The translations under genes and the position numbers were made by a program. Shown piece by piece: positions 44,565 through 54,972 of a stretch of 64,000 bases of DNA. Source of the stretch: an uncultured Bacillota bacterium (GTDB lineage: Bacteria; Bacillota; DTU025; MWDF01); NCBI GenBank assembly GCA_963823655.1, contig CAWGMK010000006.1, positions 333,382 to 397,381 of the forward strand, read 5' to 3'. The first letter of the stretch is position 1; the number at the start of each line of letters is the position of its first letter. Under the pieces are notes generated by a model. That model searched no databases. It saw only the letters and a program-made list of their open reading frames with translations, and had not been told where the DNA came from.

Positions 44565-45595
44565 TGCCTCGCGTCTCGATCATCATCAAGGCGCTCAACG
44601 AGGAGCGGCACATCGGCGCCGCGCTGCGTTCTGCACTGGACGCAGCTGCAAGGGTGGACGGCGAGGTGATCCTCGCGGACAGCGGCTCCACCGACCGCAC
44701 CGTCGAGATTGCCCGGGCCATGCCGGTCGTCGTGCTGCAACTATCGAACGCGGCCGAACGACGCTGCGGCGTTGGCCCACAGCTCGGTTACCAGGTAGCG
44801 CGCGGCGAATACGTCTACGTGCTGGACGGCGACATGGAGCTCGACCCGGATTTCCTGCCCGCGGCGCTGGCAACGCTCGAGTCGCAGCCGCGTCTCGCCG
44901 GCGTGGCGGGGCTCGTGGAAGAGGAGAGCGACGCGAGCTACCAGTTTCGCGGGCGCAAGCGGCGCGGAGCGGAACGGCGGGCGCGAACCTGCGAATGGCT
45001 GGACATGGGCGGCCTCTATCGGGTCACGGCTCTGCGCGAAGTGGGTTACCTCTCGAATCGCAACCTGCACGCCTACGAGGAAATGGAACTGGGTTTGCGT
45101 CTGACGAGCGCGGGGTGGTCGCTGCGACGCCTGGAAGTGCGAGGGGTGCTGCATCATGGTCGCACGGAGGGTACCTGGAAGCTGCTGCTGCGGCGCTGGC
45201 GTACCCGCTACCTGGATGGAGCCGGCGAGCTGTTGCGCGCTGCACGCGGCAAGCCGTTTCTCGGCCGCGTGGTGCGCTCGCAGGCACACCTGTTCGTGGC
45301 ATCGTTGCTATGGCTCGGTCTGCTTGGCGGGATCGCGCTCTGGCCGGTCACGCATTGGCCGCTTACCGCCTGCCTCACCGCCCTGGCGGCACTGATCGCG
45401 ATCCGTGCGCTGCGTGCGGGCAGTCTCGTGGATGCGATCTTCGGGCAGGTCGTGTGGCAGGTGACCGCGCTAGCGATGGTCCGGGGCTACCTGGCGCCGC
45501 AGCGCAACCCCCGGGCAGGCATCGACTTCCGCGTGTTGGCGAACGCCTGTCCGCCTCGCACGGACACGATGCGTGCACCGCCGGCTTCGGTGTAG
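44564..45595 (+). CDS. GT2 glycosyltransferase with C-terminal TM helices
   Basis: VSIIIKALNEE, DSGSTD, LDGD, EEMELGLRL. Confidence 0.9.
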   Translation: MPRVSIIIKALNEERHIGAALRSALDAAARVDGEVILADSGSTDRTVEIARAMPVVVLQLSNAAERRCGVGPQLGYQVARGEYVYVLDGDMELDPDFLPAALATLESQPRLAGVAGLVEEESDASYQFRGRKRRGAERRARTCEWLDMGGLYRVTALREVGYLSNRNLHAYEEMELGLRLTSAGWSLRRLEVRGVLHHGRTEGTWKLLLRRWRTRYLDGAGELLRAARGKPFLGRVVRSQAHLFVASLLWLGLLGGIALWPVTHWPLTACLTALAALIAIRALRAGSLVDAIFGQVVWQVTALAMVRGYLAPQRNPRAGIDFRVLANACPPRTDTMRAPPASV

Positions 45596-45715
45596 GCCGG
45601 TTTGAATGCCATGCGGGGGCCAACGGTCACTGTTCGAAACGCACGCAGCCAAGGATCATTTTTTCACAGGCAATTTGCATCCGTTTGACACGCAGCTCAC
45701 AGGGAAGTCAGCGCA

Positions 45716-48148
45716 ATGAAACTCACCTACGGGAGCGGCTCGCTCGAGCGAGTCCGCGCATTCCTTCGCCGGGACCGACGCACGCAGGCGGCTGCAGCGA
45801 TGGCCACGGCCCTCGCGATCGCTGCCATGGCCGCACCAATGGCGTCCGCCCAGATGGCATTCACCGATGTTTCCGGCGCGGCAGGCGTCGGCTTCCGGGG
45901 TGAGAGCTACGGCGCCTCATGGGGCGACCTGAACGGCGATGGCTACCTCGATTTGTTCGCAAGCAATCACCGCTCGCGCCCGAGCCTGTTCCTGAACATG
46001 CGCAACGGCACGTTCGTCGACACGGCCACCCAGGTGCTGACCTGGCGCAATCGCCAGTACGCCGACACGCACGGCGCCAGCTGGGCGGACTACGACAATG
46101 ACGGCGACATGGACCTGGTCGTGAGCACGGGCACGGGCAACCTGACCCACTTCCTGCGCAATGAAAACCAGCGGCTGGTCGATAGGACGCTTGGCATCGG
46201 CCTCACCGCGACCAACATCGGCGGCCGGCTGCCTGTCTGGCTCGACTTCAACGGCGACAAGCGCTCCGACTTTGTCATGACGCAGTACGGCGGTATCGCG
46301 CGGCTGTTCCGACAGGAGGCCGGCGGCACGTTCACCGAGATAACGAACACGGCCAAGTTTCTTTGCGTGCGTTTCCATTACGCCCACCTGCTCGACGTCA
46401 ACAATGACGGCCGACTCGATTTCCTGTGTCCCAGCGAGGCCACGTATCCCCAGGCGATCTTCGATACGGAGCCGATGCCATGGGCCAAGATCTACGACGG
46501 TGCGGCGCCGAACGGGCTGTTTCCCAAGGTCGAGAAAGTTGTCGACTCGATCGTCGCCGACTTCGACAACAATGGCAGGCCGGACGTGTTCCTGCTGAGC
46601 GGCACGCAGTTGCGGCCCTCCACCGTCGCGCAGAGCACGTCCACCCACCTCGAGGCGCAGCTCACCGGCGGCACGAAGGGTTTCAAGATGGTTACGCCGG
46701 GCGTGCTGAAGGTCACCCTCGACTTGAACCGTGAAAATGAGTCGGGTGACGTCGATCTCAAGCGCATCCGCATCGGGGCCGGCGGTCGCAGCCCGCAGAA
46801 CATGCCTTTTACGCTCGACCCGTCCGACCCGAGCGTGGTGGGCCTGCCGCCGCCTCCGACCCAGCAATGGGAATTGCCCCTGATGTACGTGGGTTTCGAT
46901 CCTGCAACCAAGCGCTGGACGATGTTCGTGCAGACCAAGCTCACGCCGACCAGCCCCAACGTGTTCAGCGAGGCCTATCTGCAAGTGGATTCGTCGAGCG
47001 CGATCACCGACGTGGTGGCTACCGGCCTGTGGCCGACCGACAAGGCGGCGCGCCCGACGCTGTTGATGAACTACTCTGGCGGCTGGGCAAACCAGACGGC
47101 GGCGGCGGGTCTCGACGAACTGATCCAGTGCGTCAGCGCGACGGCGGGTGACTACGACAACGACACGGACATTGACCTGTACGTGGCGTGCCGCACCGGT
47201 GCGAGCAACCTGCCGAACATCCTGTACCAGAACCAGGGCAACGGCACGTTCGTGAAGGTGGCGAATGCCGGTGGTGCAGCAGGCCCCGTCGGCATTGCGG
47301 TGGCGAGTGGCGCCGGTACGGCGGACTCTGCCGTGACAGGCGACTACAACGCCGACGGCTTCCTCGACCTGTTCGTCACCAACGGGTTCAACCTGAGGCC
47401 GGTGCGCGTCGGTGGGCCGAGCAAGCTGTTCCGCAATAACGGCAACGGCAACAATTGGATCCAGCTCGACCTGGTCGGGACGAATTCCGATCGCGATGCG
47501 GTCGGTGCGCGTGTGTATGCAACTGCAGCCGGCAAGACACAGTTGCGGGTGCAGGACGGCGCGTACCATCGTTGGTCGCAAGACCAGCGCAGGGCGCATT
47601 TCGGCCTGGCCGGTGCGACGACCGTGGATCTCCGCGTCGAATGGCCAAGTGGCACGGTGAATTACTTCAATGACGTGGCGGCCAATGCGATTTATCGCGT
47701 GGTCGAAGGCGGCACGATCTTCAAGGCCGCGGTCGGCAGCGCGCCTGCCTATCAGTGTGGTCCGCCGAAGTTTGATTCGACGAAGGACCGCGGCGTCTTC
47801 ATCTGGCGCGACTGCCCGTCGGGCGAGTGGCGCATGCGGACGATGTCGGCGGGCGCGCAGATCAATTACCGCGGCAAGTTCACGTCGGGCACGAGCTACG
47901 GGAAAGTCACGGGGACGGGGCTGGAGAGCGGCGAGGATTCGTTCAACGTTGCGTCCAACCAGATCACCTACAACTTCGTGACCAAGTGGTCGAACCAGGA
48001 CGGCTTGAACTTCATCCCGCAGGACGGAGCCAGTGCGTGCATGCAGGTCGACGCGCCGGCGGACGCCCAGGTTTTCTACGGTCCGTTCCGCGTGCCAATG
48101 GCGGAGCCGTTCAACCTCGACAGCCGGCAACCGTGCGCACGGCAGTGA
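45716..48148 (+). CDS. Secreted FG-GAP beta-propeller / ASPIC-UnbV (CRTAC1-like) protein with inserted and C-terminal extra domains
   Basis: Seven D.[ND].D(G)..D repeats, NNWIQLDLVG..SDRDAVGARV, HFGL, VEWPSG. Confidence 0.85.
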   Translation: MKLTYGSGSLERVRAFLRRDRRTQAAAAMATALAIAAMAAPMASAQMAFTDVSGAAGVGFRGESYGASWGDLNGDGYLDLFASNHRSRPSLFLNMRNGTFVDTATQVLTWRNRQYADTHGASWADYDNDGDMDLVVSTGTGNLTHFLRNENQRLVDRTLGIGLTATNIGGRLPVWLDFNGDKRSDFVMTQYGGIARLFRQEAGGTFTEITNTAKFLCVRFHYAHLLDVNNDGRLDFLCPSEATYPQAIFDTEPMPWAKIYDGAAPNGLFPKVEKVVDSIVADFDNNGRPDVFLLSGTQLRPSTVAQSTSTHLEAQLTGGTKGFKMVTPGVLKVTLDLNRENESGDVDLKRIRIGAGGRSPQNMPFTLDPSDPSVVGLPPPPTQQWELPLMYVGFDPATKRWTMFVQTKLTPTSPNVFSEAYLQVDSSSAITDVVATGLWPTDKAARPTLLMNYSGGWANQTAAAGLDELIQCVSATAGDYDNDTDIDLYVACRTGASNLPNILYQNQGNGTFVKVANAGGAAGPVGIAVASGAGTADSAVTGDYNADGFLDLFVTNGFNLRPVRVGGPSKLFRNNGNGNNWIQLDLVGTNSDRDAVGARVYATAAGKTQLRVQDGAYHRWSQDQRRAHFGLAGATTVDLRVEWPSGTVNYFNDVAANAIYRVVEGGTIFKAAVGSAPAYQCGPPKFDSTKDRGVFIWRDCPSGEWRMRTMSAGAQINYRGKFTSGTSYGKVTGTGLESGEDSFNVASNQITYNFVTKWSNQDGLNFIPQDGASACMQVDAPADAQVFYGPFRVPMAEPFNLDSRQPCARQ

Positions 48149-48176
48149 CGATTCGCGTTCGCTGCGGCGCATGAGG

Positions 48177-48204
48177 AAACGGCCCCGAGAGGGGCCGTTT
48201 TCTT
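48177..48204. terminator. Terminator between convergent genes
   Basis: AAACGGCCCC-GAGA-GGGGCCGTTTT. Confidence 0.85.
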
Positions 48205-48220
48205 GTCACCGGCTCGGCTC

Positions 48221-49219
48221 TCAGCGACGTTCGCGGCGACCCGTGCCACCACGCACTGCGTGGCCGCCCTTGGCTCCGGGGGCCTGCAAGGGCCCAAGTT
48301 CGGCGATGACTGCCGCTTCGTCCGGGCGCGCTCCGTGATGGTGATGCCCCAGGGCCTGGTGCATCGCAGATAAGTGCGTGAACGTCGTACCGCAGCACCC
48401 GCCGATGATGCGGGCGCCCGAATCGGCCGCGAGGGCGACGTAACTTGCCATCAACTCCGGCGTGCCCGAGTAATGGATCTCTGCGCCGATGAACTGCGGC
48501 ACGCCGGCGTTGGCCTTGGCGATGATGGGAATGCCGGCTTCTTTGGCGGTCATGCCGAGGACCGACATGACCAGGTCGGAGGCGCCGACGCCGCAGTTGG
48601 CACCGATGGCCAGCGGCGGCGGGCTCAGGCTCTGCGCGAACTCGACCAAGGCCGCCGGGGTGATCCCCATCATCGTGCGGCCGGCGGTGTCGAAGCTCGC
48701 CGTGAACGTGTAGGGGATGCCGACGTTGGCGGCCGCGATCGCCGCTGCGCGGATTTCTTCGAGTGAAGACATCGTCTCGATCCACGCAACGTGCGCGCCG
48801 CCTTCCTTCAGGCCGCGCATCTGTTCTTCGAACACCTCGATGGCCATCGACTCGGTGAGTACACCCAGCGGTTCGAACAGGTCGCCCGTCGGGCCTACCG
48901 ATCCTGCGACGACGACCGGGCGCCCAGCCTTGTCGGCCACGGCGCGGGCGTGCTGCGCGGCGAGACGGTTGATCTCGCGCACCCTGTCCTGCATGCCATG
49001 CAGCATGAGGCGGCGCGCGTTGCCACCGAAACTGTTGGTCAGGATGATGTCGGAACCAGCGTCGACGAAGCCCTGGTGCAGCGCGCGGATGCGGTCCGGG
49101 TGTTCGATGTTCCACATCTCGGGCGCATCGCCGGAGGTGAGTCCCATAGCGAACAGGTTGGTGCCGGTGGCGCCATCGGCGAGCAGCGTGCGGCCGGATG
49201 CAAGCAAGGATTCGAGCAT
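48221..49219 (-). CDS. bmt: Betaine/homocysteine S-methyltransferase (stand-alone Hcy-binding domain)
   Basis: LADGATGT, TNSFG, IETM, GANCG, IIGGCCGT. Confidence 0.85.
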   Translation of the reverse strand: MLESLLASGRTLLADGATGTNLFAMGLTSGDAPEMWNIEHPDRIRALHQGFVDAGSDIILTNSFGGNARRLMLHGMQDRVREINRLAAQHARAVADKAGRPVVVAGSVGPTGDLFEPLGVLTESMAIEVFEEQMRGLKEGGAHVAWIETMSSLEEIRAAAIAAANVGIPYTFTASFDTAGRTMMGITPAALVEFAQSLSPPPLAIGANCGVGASDLVMSVLGMTAKEAGIPIIAKANAGVPQFIGAEIHYSGTPELMASYVALAADSGARIIGGCCGTTFTHLSAMHQALGHHHHGARPDEAAVIAELGPLQAPGAKGGHAVRGGTGRRERR

Positions 49220-49281
49220 GAATGTCCAGGCGGTAGCGTAAACCCTGATTTTAGCCGCGCACGCCCCGCGGCGCATGGCAA

Positions 49282-50235
49282 TTACTGCGAGCGCGACGGT
49301 GACTGCGACTGCGGTTGCGGTTGCCAGTCGCCGAAGAGGAAGCGCAGGGCATCCGGCAAGCGTTTGCGCCAGGCGGCTTCCGTGTGCAGGGCCTCCGGAT
49401 CGATGACGATGCGCAGATTCGAATCGTCGTAGCCGGCCGCGCGAAAATTGGCGCCCACCTGCTCGACCAGGCCAATCATCTTGCGGCTGACCGCGGGATC
49501 GCCGGCCTCCTTGCCGCCAAATCCAATGACAACCTTGGCTGGCATGGCGATCAGCGGGTTCGTGTCACGCACGGGTTGGCCCATCCCGACCCAGAGCGTC
49601 GGACTTTCGATGAGTCCGTAACCGAAGTCACCCGGCCTTGCGAGCAGCGCGTACAGCGCGGCGACTCCGCCGTACGACGAGCCGCCGATGCCGGTGTGGG
49701 GCTGGCCCGTCAGCGTCCGATAGTTGGCATTGACCAGGGGCATCACTTCCCAGGCCAGGAAGTCCGGAAACTGCTTGCCTTCCGGCTCGGCCATGTCGGA
49801 ATCGCCGACGAAATCCTTGTAGGGCAGGAATTCGGCTCCGCGCCGCGCCCCGGCATGGTCTACGCCAACGACGATGAGGGGCGGCATCTGCCGGGCGTCG
49901 ATCAGCTGTCGCGTGATCTCATCCACGCCCCATTCCGCGTGGCTCACGTCGCTGAGGCAGGCGTCGAACAGGTTCTGACCGTCGAGCAGGTACAGCACGG
50001 GATACCGGCGGTCCTTGTTGGCTGCATCGCCGTAGCCCGGCGGCAGCAGCACCCGGATGTTCCGTTCGTTGCGGAAGATCGCGCTGCGCAGGGCGTGCAG
50101 CCGCAGGTCGCCCGTGACTGTCGATTTGCATTCGACGGTGGGCGACGGGGCGGCCGCAGCAGAGGCACCCTGCGTGAAAGAAATGACCGCGAGACCCGTC
50201 AGCAGCAGGGCAGGGACCAGTGTTCTGTTGGACAT
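49282..50235 (-). CDS. Secreted alpha/beta-hydrolase (esterase family)
   Basis: Signal peptide, YPVLYLLDGQNLF, GGSSYGG nucleophile elbow, HTEAAW. Confidence 0.85.
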   Translation of the reverse strand: MSNRTLVPALLLTGLAVISFTQGASAAAAPSPTVECKSTVTGDLRLHALRSAIFRNERNIRVLLPPGYGDAANKDRRYPVLYLLDGQNLFDACLSDVSHAEWGVDEITRQLIDARQMPPLIVVGVDHAGARRGAEFLPYKDFVGDSDMAEPEGKQFPDFLAWEVMPLVNANYRTLTGQPHTGIGGSSYGGVAALYALLARPGDFGYGLIESPTLWVGMGQPVRDTNPLIAMPAKVVIGFGGKEAGDPAVSRKMIGLVEQVGANFRAAGYDDSNLRIVIDPEALHTEAAWRKRLPDALRFLFGDWQPQPQSQSPSRSQ

Positions 50236-50378
50236 CGGCAGGCTCCTCGCCGGCATGAATCTGTGCAAGGCACTGTAACGAATGTGAGCGGACTGCGGCA
50301 GGGCGGCCCGACGCGATTGCGCCGAGCCGTGCAAGGCAGGCGATCGCGGCAGGACGCTGCAGCCGCTAGACTCGCTCC

Positions 50379-51176
50379 ATGCGCATCCAACTGCTCGGCG
50401 TACCCACCGATATCAACTCGTCCTATCGGCGCGGCGCCGCTGCGGGTCCGCAATCGATCCGGGCGGCCTGGCGCCGCTATGCCGAGTTCGGCAATGCCGC
50501 TACCGAGAGCGGGCTCGCGATCGGCGACGATTTCACGATCGACGACCTGGGTGACGTCTCGATAGGAGAGCAAGCCAGCGATCACGAGCTGATCGTCGCG
50601 GCTGCCTCTGCGGCCGCACGAGCCGGGCCGTTGCTTGCGGTGGGCGGGGATCATTCCGTGACCTTCCCGCTCGTCGAAGGCGTCGCGAGCGTGCATGGCC
50701 CGCTCAATCTCCTGCATTTCGACGCGCATCCCGATCTCTACGACGATTACGAGGGCAACCCGCTTTCGCATGCCAGTCCGTTCGCGCGGATCATGGAGCG
50801 TGGCCTGGCCAGCAGACTGGTGCAGGTAGGTGTGCGCACCTGGGGCCGCCACAACCGGCAGCAGGCAAGACGCTTCGGCGTCGAAGTGATCGAGTGGGAC
50901 GCTTTCGCACCCGGGTCCGTGCCGATCCCGCCGGCGCCGCTGTACGTCACCATCGACCTCGACGCGCTCGATCCGGCATTCGCTCCCGGCGTATCGCATC
51001 CGGAGCCCGGCGGACTCAGCGTGCGCGAAATCGTGCAGGTGCTGGGGCGCATCCGCGGGCCGCTGGTCGGGGCCGACGTCGTTGAATTGAATCCGTCGTG
51101 TGACGTCGGCGACGCGACGGCCATCGTCGCCGTCAAACTGCTGAAGGAACTCATGGGCGCGATGGCGCGCCGCTGA
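50379..51176 (+). CDS. Arginase/agmatinase family ureohydrolase
   Basis: GGDHS, DAHPD, DLDALDP, PEPGGLS, DVVELNP. Confidence 0.92.
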   Translation: MRIQLLGVPTDINSSYRRGAAAGPQSIRAAWRRYAEFGNAATESGLAIGDDFTIDDLGDVSIGEQASDHELIVAAASAAARAGPLLAVGGDHSVTFPLVEGVASVHGPLNLLHFDAHPDLYDDYEGNPLSHASPFARIMERGLASRLVQVGVRTWGRHNRQQARRFGVEVIEWDAFAPGSVPIPPAPLYVTIDLDALDPAFAPGVSHPEPGGLSVREIVQVLGRIRGPLVGADVVELNPSCDVGDATAIVAVKLLKELMGAMARR

Positions 51177-51180
51177 GGAG

Positions 51181-52630
51181 TCACGTACCGCAGAACGTGT
51201 TCTGGACGCGCTCGTGCGGCTGCGGCGGTTCGCGATAGGCCATGCGTTCGGGCTGGTCTTCGAAAGGGCGCGACAGCACGCTGTGCAGTTCGTGAAATGG
51301 CGTGAAATCCGACTGCTCGACAGCAGCGACGATCGCTGCCTCGATGCGGTGGTTGCGCGGTATGAAAGCGGGGTTCGCGTGCCGCAACCGCGTGGCTGCC
51401 GCTGTCGGCCCCGCCTGCTTCCCGCGCGAGCCGGGCCAGCCAGCTTTGGCGCCAGTCGCCGAAAGCGGCCGGCAGCGCTGCCGGCTCCGTCGCGGCCGCG
51501 GCGAGGCTGCGGAACGTGTTCGTGAAATCGGCCTGTTCTGCCTGCATGACGTCGAGCACGTGCTGCAACAACGCAGCGTCGCCGGGTTCGGCGGACTGCA
51601 ACCCCAGCTTGTGCCGGAAACCTTGCAACCGGTACTCGTCATGGCGCGCGGGAATAGCGTGCACGATCGCGGAGGCCTGCTCGATCGCTACGTTGATGTC
51701 CGCATCGATCAACGGCAGCAGCGCTTCGGCCAGCCGTGCGAGGTTCCACTGCAGGATCGTCGGCTGATTGCCATAGGCGTAGCGGCCACGACGATCGATG
51801 AAGCTGTAGACGGTGGCTGGATCGTAGTGATCCATGAAGGCGCAGGGCCCGAAATCGATCGTCTCGCCGGAGATCGTCATGTTGTCCGTGTTCATCACGC
51901 CGTGGATGAAGCCGAGTTGCATCCAGCGCGCGACGAGCGCGCATTGCCGATCGGCCACCGACTCCAGCAGCCGCAGGTAGCGGTCAGGTGCCACTGACAA
52001 TTCCGGGTAATGTCGAGCGATGACATACTCGGCCAGAGTACGCGCGCCATCGTTGTCGCCGCGCGCGGCGAAGTATTCGAACGTGCCGATGCGCACGTGG
52101 CTCGCAGCGACGCGGATCAATACGGCGCCGGGCAGGGGCCCGTCTTCGCGCAGCACGCGTTCGCCCGTCGTGGCCGCTGCAAGCGCGCGGGTCGTCGGCA
52201 CGCCGAGCGCATGCATCGCCTCGCTCACCAGGTATTCACGCAGCACGGGCCCGAGCGCCGCGCGTCCGTCGCCGCGCCGCGAGAAGGGCGTGGGTCCGGC
52301 GCCTTTCCACTGCAGGTCTCGACGCTGGCCCCGTGCGTCGACGACTTCCCCCATCAACAGCGCCCGACCGTCCCCCAGTTGCGGCACGAAAGACCCGAAT
52401 TGATGGCCCGCATACGCCATGGCCAACGGCAGGGCTCCGTGCGGAATCTCGTTGCCCACGCACGCGGCGGCCAGTTGCTGGTCGTCGAGCGCAGAGCGGT
52501 CCACGCCGAGTTCCGCGGCCAAGGCGGCATTGAATGCGATCAACGCGGGCGCGGTGACCGGGGTAGGAGCCGTGCGGGCATGGAAGTGCGCAGGCAGTGC
52601 GGCATAGGTGTGTGAAAAATCGGCGCGCAC
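51181..52630 (-). CDS. selO: Protein adenylyltransferase SelO/YdiU (frameshift near 51410)
   Basis: [41 protein letters not shown]-terminal TFCGT. Confidence 0.93.
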
Positions 52631-52639
52631 GATTCCGGC

Positions 52640-53449
52640 TCAGCCGAACACGGCGACGGTCTGGTGATTGACCGAGTACGCGTGGCCATCCGTGCCGTAC
52701 AGCACCGCGGTCTGGCTCAGGTAGCCCGCAGTGCCCGCGCGCACGTCCGCGTCGATCAGCACCCAGTCGTGCAGGTTGAGGTAGGCGGGATCGCGCAGCA
52801 CTTCGATCATCCAGTTGACGGAACTCGCCGGGGCCGGTGCTTTCAGTGTGGAAAGCACCGGCGTCGCTACGACGTCGGACAGGGCGAGCAATGCGTCCTC
52901 GAAGCCGCAGTCCCGGTCGCGCAACCGTGCGTACGTCATCGAATGCGCTTCGTGATACCCGGAATACGGCGGTGCTCCCCGCGCGAGTCGCACTTCGAAG
53001 TGCTGCAGGAACGCCGGGGCCGGGTCGAGGCGTTCACTGTCGCAGGCGTGCGGCGAGCGGCCAGGGTCGGGTTGGGGCAGCTCGCGGACAAAACGCGATT
53101 CACGCGGGCCGCCGAAGATGGCCACCACGGTACAGGCGAGCTTGCCGTCGTCGTGCATCAGGTCGCAGCGCGCGTGCACCGTCGACTTGCCGATGCGCAA
53201 CGCTTCGGCGCGCATGCGGATGGTGGCGCCACCGAGCAGGGGCCCGACGAACGTCATCTGCGCGCTGCGCAAGGGCAAGGCGGCCGCCTGCAGCGGCAGC
53301 ACGGCACGCATGGCCCGCACGCCCAGCGCCATCTGCAATCCACCGAAGACGGTTCGGCCCTGCAGCCAGTCGGCGGGCACCGTGACAGCGAACAGCGCCG
53401 CATCGGTGCGATCGATCGCGGCGAGAACCTGGGAGAAGCCGGTGTCCAT
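52640..53449 (-). CDS. Acyl-CoA thioesterase family (double hot-dog)
   Basis: WLQGRTVFGG, LR.GKS, LALSD, ASSVNW. Confidence 0.85.
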   Translation of the reverse strand: MDTGFSQVLAAIDRTDAALFAVTVPADWLQGRTVFGGLQMALGVRAMRAVLPLQAAALPLRSAQMTFVGPLLGGATIRMRAEALRIGKSTVHARCDLMHDDGKLACTVVAIFGGPRESRFVRELPQPDPGRSPHACDSERLDPAPAFLQHFEVRLARGAPPYSGYHEAHSMTYARLRDRDCGFEDALLALSDVVATPVLSTLKAPAPASSVNWMIEVLRDPAYLNLHDWVLIDADVRAGTAGYLSQTAVLYGTDGHAYSVNHQTVAVFG

Positions 53450-53474
53450 TGGATGATTGTACCGGACCCGGCCT

Positions 53475-54426
53475 TCAGCCCGTGGGGTGCTCGACCACGC
53501 GCCGACCCGTCGCGTTCTGTTCAAAGTCCTCGCGCGTCAGCGATAGATTAATGCCGAAGGCGGCTTTTGCGCCCTCGGCTGCGGCAAAGATGACCAGCTG
53601 CACGTCACCCGCGATGTTGCCGGCGATGAACACGCCAGGCACGTCGGTCGCCTCGTAGCCGCTGCAACGCACGCTGCCGTCCTTGCGGATGTGGCAGCCC
53701 AGCTGGCGGGGCAGTTCCGAGCGCGGGTGCGATGGCAGGTCGAAGAACAAGCGGCGCCGTGGCAGGCGGCGGCCGCCCGCGAAATCGATCGACTCCAGCT
53801 GGCCTTCACGGCCACTCAGGCGTTCGATGCGATCCTCGATCAGGCGGACGCCGTTGCAGTGCCAGGTGACGTCGCTGCTGCGGGTCAAGGCCGGATGCGC
53901 CATTCGTGCACAACACCAGGTCGCTGCTCCACGCGGTCATCGCGCGTGCCATTTCGAACGCGCGCGTGCGCCGGCCATACACCGCAATGGGCTCGTCGCG
54001 GGCCTCCCAACCGTCGCAGTACGGACAATGATGCACGGTGCGGCCATAGAACTGCTGGATGCCCTCCACCGCGGGCAACTCGTCCTGCACGCCGGTGGCG
54101 AGCAGAACCTTGCGGCAGCGATGACTCCGTTTATCGGCGGTGCGCACGCGGAACCCGCGGCTTGCCTTGACGATCGACTCGACCTTACCGCGCAGGAGAC
54201 TCACGTCGCTGTAGCGTGCCAGGCTTTCCTGCGCGACCTCGAGGAAGCGGGCAGGGGGGATGCCATCGCGGGTAAGGTAACCGTGCAGCTCGTGCGCGCT
54301 GCGGTTGCGTTGCTGTCCCTCGTCAATGACGAGCACTCGCCGCCGGCATCGCCCAAGCAGCAGGGCGGCGCTGAGTCCCGCCGGACCGCCACCGACCACG
54401 ATGGCGTCCCATGTATCGGGGTTCAT
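53475..54426 (-). CDS. Thioredoxin-reductase-like NAD(P)/FAD oxidoreductase (frameshift near 53900)
   Basis: GGGPAGLSAA, LATGV.D, HCPYCDGWE, TDVPGVFIAG. Confidence 0.87.
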
Positions 54427-54520
54427 CCGCGGCTCCGCTCAACCCTGTCGCCGACAGCTTCGCGCATCCGTATGCTTGGCAGCATCCGCCCGCCGCCGAC
54501 ATTGGCTCGAGAAGACACGC

Positions 54521-54658
54521 ATGTCGCAGTCTGAAACGTCCCACGCGCATCCGCTGTTCGCGACCACAGCCTTGCTGTGCGCTGCGCTTGCCGTGCTGTG
54601 GACAGGCTGCCTTACCAACCGCCCACTCGACCAAGTGATGCAGGAGCAGCTCACGTGA
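54521..54658 (+). CDS. Possible 45-aa small lipoprotein
   Basis: Hydrophobic stretch ending LWTGC; stop overlaps the GTG of the next gene. Confidence 0.35.
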   Translation: MSQSETSHAHPLFATTALLCAALAVLWTGCLTNRPLDQVMQEQLT

Positions 54659-54972
54659 CGCATCGCCGCCCGACCCCGCTCGATGCGATCAAGTTGCGTG
54701 TCGCGGCCACCGATGCCGAAGTCATCGACGAGTTGTACGGGCTCGAGCCGGTGTATGAGCCGGGCGCACCGTCTTCCTTGGAGCGCGACGCCACGTCGTT
54801 CGTGTCGCTGCTCTGTCCGTATTGCTGGGAACGCTATGAAACGCAGGTGGATCTGAGCGCAGGCTCGTTCACCTACGTGGAAGACTGCCAGGTCTGCTGC
54901 CAGCCGATCGAACTCAGCTGCGAAGTGGACGACGGTCGGCTCATCAGCGTGCAGCCGGAACGGATGGACTGA
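54655..54972 (+). CDS. CPXCG-motif cysteine-rich protein
   Basis: CPYCWE..VDLS..YVEDCQVCCQPI. Confidence 0.8.
   Translation: MTHRRPTPLDAIKLRVAATDAEVIDELYGLEPVYEPGAPSSLERDATSFVSLLCPYCWERYETQVDLSAGSFTYVEDCQVCCQPIELSCEVDDGRLISVQPERMD

Noticed and set aside
41098-48172. Very long antisense ORFs (41098-43896, 45917-48172 and similar in the GC-rich segment)
   Set aside because: Shadow frames of real genes in high-GC DNA, with no recognisable motifs
49285-49330. Short tandem repeat (GACTGC/GGTTGC units)
   Set aside because: Encodes the low-complexity QPQPQSQSPSRSQ tail of the esterase
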